From assembly GCA_964574145.1 (NCBI GenBank), contig CAZNKJ010000002.1, positions 2,075-66,074 of the forward strand: a DNA stretch of 64,000 nt, read 5' to 3'. The notes below the pieces were generated by a model, which did not search any database, was not told the DNA's origin, and saw only the letters and a list, made by a program, of their open reading frames with translations. This document shows, in pieces, positions 56,785-64,000 of the stretch (position 1 is the first letter of the stretch; each line of letters starts with the position of its first letter). Origin of the DNA: an uncultured Candidatus Saccharibacteria bacterium (GTDB lineage: Bacteria > Patescibacteriota > Minisyncoccia > Phycocordibacterales > CAZNKJ01). Made by a program: the position numbers and the translations under genes.

Positions 56785-57816
56785 TTATCTCAGATAAAGA
56801 AATTTTTTACCCCTGTGCTCTTTGAAAGTAACGCTATAGTGCACATTCCCTTTCTTATCTGCAAGAAAATACAAATAATCTGTTTTTGTTGGAAAGATTG
56901 CAGCTTCTATGGAATCCAAGCTAGGACTTCCGATCGGCCCAGGAGGTAATCCTGTATATTTGTATGTATTATATAGCGAGTCAATGTCCAAATCTTTTTG
57001 TGTTAATTCAAACGTATTTTTACCGTTTATATAATCAAAAGTAACATCAACCTGCAAAGGCATCCCTATTTTTATTCGTTCCCACAATATACCAGAAATA
57101 ATACGACGAGACTTTGAAGTGTACGCTTCTTTCTCAATGAGAGATGCCATTGTGATTATATCCTTAAGTGAACGCCCTGAATTTTCTATATCTTTTTGAT
57201 ATATTTTTATTTTTTTATAAAAAGTTTTTTCTAAAGAATCCGCTATTTTTTTTTCGGAAATATTGGGTAAAAAATAATAAGTATCTGGAAAAAGATACCC
57301 TTCTTTGTTTTTAGTCAAATTTAAAAATTTTTCAGAATTAAAATTTCTAAATCGCTTAGCTAGTTTAGTGGCCATATCAACTCGAGAAACTCCTTCCTGA
57401 AGCCTTACTTTAAGTGGCTTTAATCCGAAATCACCTACCGTGACCATATAAGCTATCTTAGGAATACCATATGGATGGCTAAAAAAATAATCTCCTGCAG
57501 AAAAAGAACGCTCACCTCCCATAATTCTTACCAAAACAGAAAACCAAAAACTAGAGCGGATTACATTTTTTTGTTTAAAAGAATCGGCTGTTTCTTGAAG
57601 AGAAGCTCCTTTAGGTATGGATATTATTTGTTCATCTGGGAAAGACAAAGGTGGTATAAAAAATACTAAAAAAATATACAGAAAAAAAGCAGATATTGCT
57701 GTTACAACATAAATATGATTTGTACGTTTTTTATTTTTATATAATAGTAAAAATATCCTACTAAAATAGTTAAAATATTTTTTATATATGCGAATGGCTT
57801 TCTGCAAAAAATTCAT
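56785..57816 (-). CDS. mltG: Endolytic transglycosylase MltG
   Basis: EGYLFPDTY, ASLIEKE, GMPLQVD, YNTYKYTGLPPGPI, YLYF. Confidence 0.95.
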   Translation of the reverse strand: MNFLQKAIRIYKKYFNYFSRIFLLLYKNKKRTNHIYVVTAISAFFLYIFLVFFIPPLSFPDEQIISIPKGASLQETADSFKQKNVIRSSFWFSVLVRIMGGERSFSAGDYFFSHPYGIPKIAYMVTVGDFGLKPLKVRLQEGVSRVDMATKLAKRFRNFNSEKFLNLTKNKEGYLFPDTYYFLPNISEKKIADSLEKTFYKKIKIYQKDIENSGRSLKDIITMASLIEKEAYTSKSRRIISGILWERIKIGMPLQVDVTFDYINGKNTFELTQKDLDIDSLYNTYKYTGLPPGPIGSPSLDSIEAAIFPTKTDYLYFLADKKGNVHYSVTFKEHRGKKFLYLR

Positions 57817-57821
57817 ATGAC

Positions 57822-59105
57822 TCAGAGTGGTATGTCCGGGGGAGCTATTTTCTGCCGAGAAGTAATTCTAGGAATTGTCGGCGTTTGTACAACTTGTCCA
57901 GGTAAATGAAATACTGTGGCTAGCTCCTCGGAACTCAAGACAAAATAGTCACGCTCATACGGAGGTGAGAGATAGGAGCGTAAACGGTATCCTTCATAAA
58001 GTTCATGTTTTGCAGCTTTAGCACGCCAACCAAACGGATCCTCCCAAGGATATTTAAACATTGTGGGAAATTTTGGTTTAAAGTTATTAAGTGAATGAGA
58101 CTGAAATGTTCGCATGATAGTAGGAAACCCATTACGTTTTCTGCCATCAAAATGTTCCTTATCAGCCATATAGATCATGCGAATGCCAGTATCAAAAGGT
58201 TTTTTACTAGTATTTCGTTCAAGAGCCTCAATTGTTTTTTGTTCACTTTCCGTAAACATACGGAAAGAAGATCCTTCGCCTCCCTGAGCTTTACTTATAA
58301 TATTCTCAACTTCCCTTTTTGCTTCATCCTGCCAATCTTCAGTTTGAAACCAAGTACCATGTTTATGTTTTTCCGCCTGATGAGCTCTAATAATAATTTG
58401 AAAAAAACCATATTCTCCTTTTCCAAAAGATCCAAAAAATTCAATGATAGCCGCCATAGGATCTACTTTGTATTCTTCGTCTGTCTCTTTATCCAACCCC
58501 CAATCCACATAGGTTTTTATTGGATATGGATCAGGTTTTGCCAAAACCTGATACAACCCAAACAACTCTTGTTTATCAGGATTGTAAGGAAGACGAGTAA
58601 TATAATCAGGTACTTCCTGAATTTCAATTGTTGGATATTGACTATAAAACTGTGATTCTACAACAGGTTTTATTTTTGAAGGAATGCGAATATAAAAATG
58701 AATCTCTCCCTCTAAAGAAACTATTTCTAGTGAAGATTGCTCGCGTAATTTTCCTTCTACATACTTTTCATAACTATGTTTAGGAGTACCTGTGTGGAAA
58801 AAAGCATTCAAAGCTGTTTCCATCGCAAGAGGAGACTGAGTTATCTCCTCTGGTAATTTTATCTCCAGAAGAATATTTTCAATTTGCATGAAAGCCTTCG
58901 TCCGCACATAGTGCATCCATAAATGTCCGAAAATAAAAATAAAAATAACAGTGAGCCATAATGGTGCGTAAGGTGTTAAAGTCTTATATACATCAGATGC
59001 AACCATAATGGGAAAGAAAAAATAAGCCCCAATGGCTATGGTAATCAAAAGTAATCCAACTGAAACTTCAGAACCAGTTAATGTTTTTAGTATTTTATCA
59101 AACAT
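57822..59105 (-). CDS. Conserved CPR-type membrane-anchored hypothetical protein
   Basis: 2 TM; LLEIKLP, SLEIVS, YSQYP.IEI.EVPDY, YPIKTY, LSSEELATVFHLP, PP.IP end. Confidence 0.75.
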   Translation of the reverse strand: MFDKILKTLTGSEVSVGLLLITIAIGAYFFFPIMVASDVYKTLTPYAPLWLTVIFIFIFGHLWMHYVRTKAFMQIENILLEIKLPEEITQSPLAMETALNAFFHTGTPKHSYEKYVEGKLREQSSLEIVSLEGEIHFYIRIPSKIKPVVESQFYSQYPTIEIQEVPDYITRLPYNPDKQELFGLYQVLAKPDPYPIKTYVDWGLDKETDEEYKVDPMAAIIEFFGSFGKGEYGFFQIIIRAHQAEKHKHGTWFQTEDWQDEAKREVENIISKAQGGEGSSFRMFTESEQKTIEALERNTSKKPFDTGIRMIYMADKEHFDGRKRNGFPTIMRTFQSHSLNNFKPKFPTMFKYPWEDPFGWRAKAAKHELYEGYRLRSYLSPPYERDYFVLSSEELATVFHLPGQVVQTPTIPRITSRQKIAPPDIPL

Positions 59106-59194
59106 AAGATTTTATACATCGCTTTATAATAATACACAAAATAAAGCGCTTGCGCGCTTGTATTTATTCACAAAACCAATTGAATTGTTTATAT

Positions 59195-60238
59195 TTACTT
59201 AGAAATGCTGTAAATACCTTTTTGATCTCGTTTAAAATAAGCAGAGTCTTGAAGATTTACCAAAATAGTATTGTCTTTCACGTATCTTTCTTTTTTTACC
59301 AAGTCTATAATTTCCTGCCTAGAAAGAGGTCCGTGTTTTTCTAAGACATCTGAAATTACATCTTTGACTACTCCACGAGAGTATCCCCATTCTGAAAGAG
59401 CATACAACCCTCGTCCAACCAATACAAAACGTTTATCTTTAATTAGCTCATTATGACATGTTGCAACATGAGCTCGTTTTTTGAAAAGCTCGGTAATAGT
59501 TTCCGCAACTTCAGTAAAGTGCATAGGAGACCCATGGTGTTTAATTACAAGATAAGCATAGTCTCGCATCCCCTTTACACGAACGTTTGCAGAAGTCGCC
59601 ACTCCCCATTCTCCTAGAGGATTTTTTCCCAATTGTTTTGAAAGAGAAAGCCATCGACGTGCAATTTCTTCATTTTTATACACTTCATTAAGTTCAGAAA
59701 CTTCTTTCAAAAATCTTTGTATAAGCTCTGACTCCGGTATCAGATCATCATCTGAAAGAGAAGCGTATAAATTCTGTAGAGCAGAATGTACAGTATCTGC
59801 TATTTTTTTATCTACATACCATCGGTGATGAAATTCTGCATTTTCTTTTTCGCGCACAAACATTTCTCCTAAAACAAGAAGAAAATTAATATGACTACGA
59901 ACATCGAGATCTTTGCCGAAAATTTCCAAGAGATCGTTCTCAGTAACTATGCCTCCTATTTTAGCAACAGCCTCTTCAAGCTCTTCAAAAACAAACTGCT
60001 CTTCCTTGAAAGTGTCCGATTTTCGTATATTCGCCAATCCGTAATTTTCAATCTGACGAACTCTCTCTCGAGTTATCCCATAGATATTTCCAATAGCCTC
60101 TAAAGTCTTAGTTTTTCCTCCTTTTTCAAGCCCATACCGACTAATCAAAATTTCACGCGCTCGATCTGATAGTACGGATAGTAGGCGTTTTGTTACTTGT
60201 TTTGGTTTAAAACTTAATGTTGTCATAGACTTTTGCAT
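59195..60238 (-). CDS. Multi-HTH protein: sigma70 region-4-like HTH + HARE-HTH (RNAP delta-like)
   Basis: RYGL..TLEAIG..YGITRERVRQIE; PMHFTEV, HNELIKDKRFVLVGRGLYALSEWGY. Confidence 0.82.
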   Translation of the reverse strand: MQKSMTTLSFKPKQVTKRLLSVLSDRAREILISRYGLEKGGKTKTLEAIGNIYGITRERVRQIENYGLANIRKSDTFKEEQFVFEELEEAVAKIGGIVTENDLLEIFGKDLDVRSHINFLLVLGEMFVREKENAEFHHRWYVDKKIADTVHSALQNLYASLSDDDLIPESELIQRFLKEVSELNEVYKNEEIARRWLSLSKQLGKNPLGEWGVATSANVRVKGMRDYAYLVIKHHGSPMHFTEVAETITELFKKRAHVATCHNELIKDKRFVLVGRGLYALSEWGYSRGVVKDVISDVLEKHGPLSRQEIIDLVKKERYVKDNTILVNLQDSAYFKRDQKGIYSISK

Positions 60239-60296
60239 TCTATTGATATATGTAGTTTAATTTTTATCATTATTATCGTCTTGAGTCAAGCTCTTT

Positions 60297-62717
60297 TTAA
60301 ATTGACTGCGTAACAAAGTTAATTAATCTATCTGGAACGTAAATTATTTTCAAAATATTCAAACCCCCTATCCATTTTTTTACATGTGGAACGTTTTGTG
60401 CAACATTCTCAATATCCTCTTTTTTACCTCCACGACTCATTTCTATCTCTCCACGAACCTTGCCATTTACTTGTATAACGATAGTCACAATGTCTTCTAT
60501 AGTAAGAGCTTCTTCGTACGCAGACCAAGTCTCAGTGTGTATAGATTTTCTCTCTCCGACCTTCTCCCAAAGCTCATCTGCTAAGTGAGGTGCAAAAGGA
60601 GCAAGTAATTTAAGAAAAGTCTTATACGTTTCAATACTAATTTTTGTCTTTTCTGCCATATTAATAAAAACCATCATTGAACTAATAGCAGTATTAAATT
60701 TGTACTGCTCTATATCTCCACTTACTTTCTTAATAGTTTTATGAAGTTGTTTAACTATCTCTATTGATTCAACATCAGATACACATGAAGAAAGTATGTA
60801 TACGTGTTCTAGAAATCGCCTGATTCCCGCTATACCACCCATATTCCACGGATAATTAGCTTCTTCTCCATATGGTCCCATAAAAGCCAAGTACATTTTT
60901 ACTGTATCGGCCCCTATGCGTTCGACTTGTTCGTCAGGATCAATAACATTACCTTTTGATTTACTCATTTTGTTTCCATCAGGTCCAAGCACTAACCCTC
61001 TATTGATACGTTTCTTATAAGGTTCATTCTCCGTCACCAAACCTAGATCCAATAATGCTTTACACCAAAACCGTGAGTACAAAAGATGCATAGTAGTATG
61101 TTCCGCTCCTCCAAAATAAATGTCTACAGGCATCCATTTTTTCTGAGACTCTATTGATGAAAATTCTCTATTATTTTTATTATCAAAATAACGCAAAAAA
61201 TACCAAGAGGAGTCAACAAAAGTGTCCATAGTTTCAACTTCTGGTTTCCAACCTTTCCCAAAAGTTTTTTCAGTGCGCTGCACAAGCTCTTTACTTTTAG
61301 CAAGAGGTGGTTCGCCTGTTGGTTTGAAATCAACATCATTTGGTAGTGTCCAGGGTAAAAGTTCCTTAGGAATAGAGTGAGCTTTTCCATCAGGGTCATA
61401 CACAATAGGTATAGGCACCCCCCAATATCTTTGACGTCCCACAGACCAGTCACGTAGACGATAATTACTTGTGATCTCACCACCAACAAATTCAGTGATT
61501 GCTTTCTTTGCCTCTTCACTATTCATTCCGTCAAATTTGCCGGAATTAACTAACTCGCCATTTCCTGTATAGACATTTCTATCATTATCTACGCTTGAAG
61601 ACAAAGTCTGGAAACTTAAACGTTTGATCACATTTTTTACTGGCAAATTAAACTTCTCCGCAAATTCAAAATCACGCTCGTCGTGTGCAGGGACTGCCAT
61701 TATTGCTCCCGTACCATATTCTGCTAATACATAATCAGCAATAAATATTGGAATCTCTTCTTTATTAACTGGATTAATTGCTTTTATACCCTCAAGCTTA
61801 ACTCCTGATTTTTCTCTACCTTCGGCTTTTCTTTCTATCTCAGACCGTTTACTTGTGTTTCTCACATATTTAACTACTTCGTCCCAATTCTCTATTTGTT
61901 CTTTCAGCTCACTAACAAGTTTGTGTTCTGGCGCCAGAACACAATACGTAGCCCCAAATAGAGTATCTGGCCGTGTTGTAAAAACTGTAAAATTTTTATC
62001 AAGATTTTTTATTTTAAAATCAATCCTAGCACCTCTTGAACGACCTATCCAATTTTTTTGAGACCGCTTAATATTTTCTGGCCAATCTAAGGTGTCAAGA
62101 TCATCAATCAGTCTGTCTGCATATTTTGTAATACGCATTTTCCACTCGTCCATTTGTTTTTTTTCAACAGTATTACCACAACGTTCGCAAGTGTCATCAG
62201 GAAGAAGTTGCTCATTTGCGAGAACAGTATTGCAGCTGGGACACCAGTTCACTATTCCCTTACCACGATAAGCTATATCTTTTTCAAAAAATTGAGTGAA
62301 CATCCACTGTGTCCATTTGTAATATTCAGGGTCTGTTGAACTAGTAGTTTTGTCCCAAGAAAAAGCATTGCCCATACTTCTAAGTTGTTTCTTCATGTAC
62401 TCAACATTTTTTTCTGTCCACTCTTTAGGATCTAAACTCCTCTTAATAGCAGCATTTTCAGCAGGTAACCCAAAAGCATCAAAACCCATTGGAAATAAAA
62501 CCTGTTTCCCTTGCATTCTGTGCGCACGAACATATATATCAACAACAGCAAAAGCAAACCAATGCCCTATATGAAGGTTTCCAGAAGGATACGGCCACTC
62601 TACGAGGACGTATTCTTTTTCTTTAGATTCGTCTCTATCTCCTACATTATAAATTCCACTTTCTTCCCATTTCTCTTGCCACTTTTTTTCTATTTTTTTA
62701 TGATCGTAAAATTCCAT
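60297..62717 (-). CDS. leuS: Leucine--tRNA ligase
   Basis: PYPSGNLHIGH, GFDAFGLPAENAA, FTTRPDT, GTGAIMAVPAHD, KMSKS, IQVNGKVR. Confidence 0.98.
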   Translation of the reverse strand: MEFYDHKKIEKKWQEKWEESGIYNVGDRDESKEKEYVLVEWPYPSGNLHIGHWFAFAVVDIYVRAHRMQGKQVLFPMGFDAFGLPAENAAIKRSLDPKEWTEKNVEYMKKQLRSMGNAFSWDKTTSSTDPEYYKWTQWMFTQFFEKDIAYRGKGIVNWCPSCNTVLANEQLLPDDTCERCGNTVEKKQMDEWKMRITKYADRLIDDLDTLDWPENIKRSQKNWIGRSRGARIDFKIKNLDKNFTVFTTRPDTLFGATYCVLAPEHKLVSELKEQIENWDEVVKYVRNTSKRSEIERKAEGREKSGVKLEGIKAINPVNKEEIPIFIADYVLAEYGTGAIMAVPAHDERDFEFAEKFNLPVKNVIKRLSFQTLSSSVDNDRNVYTGNGELVNSGKFDGMNSEEAKKAITEFVGGEITSNYRLRDWSVGRQRYWGVPIPIVYDPDGKAHSIPKELLPWTLPNDVDFKPTGEPPLAKSKELVQRTEKTFGKGWKPEVETMDTFVDSSWYFLRYFDNKNNREFSSIESQKKWMPVDIYFGGAEHTTMHLLYSRFWCKALLDLGLVTENEPYKKRINRGLVLGPDGNKMSKSKGNVIDPDEQVERIGADTVKMYLAFMGPYGEEANYPWNMGGIAGIRRFLEHVYILSSCVSDVESIEIVKQLHKTIKKVSGDIEQYKFNTAISSMMVFINMAEKTKISIETYKTFLKLLAPFAPHLADELWEKVGERKSIHTETWSAYEEALTIEDIVTIVIQVNGKVRGEIEMSRGGKKEDIENVAQNVPHVKKWIGGLNILKIIYVPDRLINFVTQSI

Positions 62718-62723
62718 TATTAC

Positions 62724-63668
62724 TTACTGTTTAGGTAGCGAGGGATAAAGATCAGGGTCTATTTTTCTTTCAAAACATTGATACCCTTTTTTATGTTGCC
62801 AGTTATTTTGTTTTGAACCAAAATAAATACTGGACGGTTCAGAACGCTGCGGATCCCATTCTTTCTTGCTTTCAAGATTAAATGTGGCACAAAGTTCAAA
62901 TGTTAGAATTTCTAAAGTCTTGTAAGAATATTCTTCATCGTTCTGTTTGTCTCTCGGAATACGAAATCCTAAAATAGAATCATTTAAATTAGAAAGATTT
63001 TGTGGTAGTTTTTTCTTCTGCTGCCAATACTGCACTATCTGCCACTGTATATTACTAAGATCATTTATCTTCGCTTGATCAAACCGCAAAAGTCGTTGTG
63101 ATTGAGGAGATCCTATAATAAAAAATCCGGAAAATACTGAAACTAATACAATACTTGAAATCACCCATCCAATGTTTTTGGATAGCTTTTCATTTTTCCA
63201 CCATTTCCCCTTGATATCATAAAAATAATATGCAAAAGCTCCTCCTATAACAATAAGTACAGTTGCGGACTTAAAAACAAATCTCGCAGTTATATCTCCA
63301 TTAAGAAATATATTTATAAGAGCAATAAAATCTATTACTAAAGTAAGCCCAGCAACAAACAAAGTTAAAAAAATTAACCATCTATGGATACCAGATTCGC
63401 GTTTTTCAGGATTTTTGCGAAAATCTTGATTCAAGATACGAGTAAGAAAAATAAAGATTGGAAAGACAACAATAAGCGAAGCTATTGAAAACCTCATTGC
63501 CCCTGAATAAGAACCCGTATAACGAATAAATTCATCTGGGAAAAATATATTTATATACTCGAATAAGAGAATGAGTAAAGTCACAACGCTAACATACATT
63601 GATACAAAAACAGCTAATTGTAGAAAAAAATCTTTAGGTGAAAATCGTACAGACATATTTTTTAGCAT
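62724..63668 (-). CDS. DUF5671-type membrane protein (CPR-typical)
   Basis: PKDFFLQL, ASLIVVFP, FLNGDITARF, GSP..QR...FD....DL, FELCATF, CF.R. Confidence 0.7.
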   Translation of the reverse strand: MLKNMSVRFSPKDFFLQLAVFVSMYVSVVTLLILLFEYINIFFPDEFIRYTGSYSGAMRFSIASLIVVFPIFIFLTRILNQDFRKNPEKRESGIHRWLIFLTLFVAGLTLVIDFIALINIFLNGDITARFVFKSATVLIVIGGAFAYYFYDIKGKWWKNEKLSKNIGWVISSIVLVSVFSGFFIIGSPQSQRLLRFDQAKINDLSNIQWQIVQYWQQKKKLPQNLSNLNDSILGFRIPRDKQNDEEYSYKTLEILTFELCATFNLESKKEWDPQRSEPSSIYFGSKQNNWQHKKGYQCFERKIDPDLYPSLPKQ

Positions 63669-63839
63669 TTATTTTAAAATTATTAACTACTTAAATAACA
63701 AGATACCATGCAAATAAGAGTGTGTATATAAATCTAAATTTTATCTCTCAGATAAACATAAGTTCAAAAATCATTAAATTAATTTAGTTTTGTTTTAGTA
63801 CTTGAGGACTTTTAGGTGAGAAAATATCTTATTGTCTTT

Positions 63840-64000
63840 CTATATCCTGAATTCTATAACGTCACCATCTTTTACTATATATTCTTTTCCTTCTGTTCTA
63901 GCCCAACCTCTTTCTCGCGCCTGCCCGTATGAGCCAGCCTCCATTAGTTTATTATAACCAATCACTTCTGCTCGTATAAACTTATCTTGAAAATCTGAGT
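63840..64000 (-). CDS. ychF: Ribosome-binding ATPase YchF, C-terminal part (runs off the window)
   Basis: Translated by hand: SDFQDKFIRAEVI...RTEGKEYIVKDGDVIEFRI*. Confidence 0.93.
   Translation of the reverse strand, partial: SDFQDKFIRAEVIGYNKLMEAGSYGQARERGWARTEGKEYIVKDGDVIEFRI

Noticed and set aside
1335-64000. Many short antisense ORFs in the track, and alternative genetic code (TGA=Gly)
   Set aside because: The short ORFs lie fully inside well-supported genes on the other strand; conserved genes are intact under code 11 and several end in TGA (truB, ATPase)

Overview
Gene-dense, AT-rich bacterial chromosome segment that uses the standard bacterial code. Gene content points to a Patescibacteria/CPR (Parcubacteria-like) genome; this is an inference from the FtsA-like + large membrane-anchored protein pair, the sigma70-r4/HARE-HTH protein, a DUF5671 protein, an 'ARCES' transglycosylase-like protein and shortened AspRS/AlaRS/L13. 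Most of the window is housekeeping: six aminoacyl-tRNA synthetases (cysS, gltX, aspS, trpS, alaS, leuS), the infA-rpmJ-rpsM-rpsK-rpsD-rpoA-rplQ-rplM-rpsI run followed by grpE-dnaK-dnaJ, a scpA-scpB-DD-carboxypeptidase-mraY-ftsW-murG cell-wall cluster, dnaB/recR and DNA-repair genes. I found no rRNA, tRNA, CRISPR array, transposase, integrase or reverse transcriptase. The most unusual part is the first 1.3 kb. Copies of a perfect 31-bp palindrome (TAAGCTCCAAAGGTTTAACCTTTGGAGCTTA) recur about 560-600 bp apart and bound segments of foreign-looking DNA. One segment is the 5'-truncated end of a gene that looks like a diversity-generating retroelement (DGR) target, cut exactly at the palindrome. Other points of note: a second REP-like repeat cluster (8.06-8.15 kb); a hairpin-rich region at 18.7-20.1 kb (structured leader, probable ATT start, candidate ncRNA, Cys-rich microprotein); an orphan encapsulin-cargo ferritin; a family-4 UDG without Fe-S cysteines; and a P-type ATPase and a MraY with altered key residues. 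All family assignments come from recognising motifs by eye, not from database searches.
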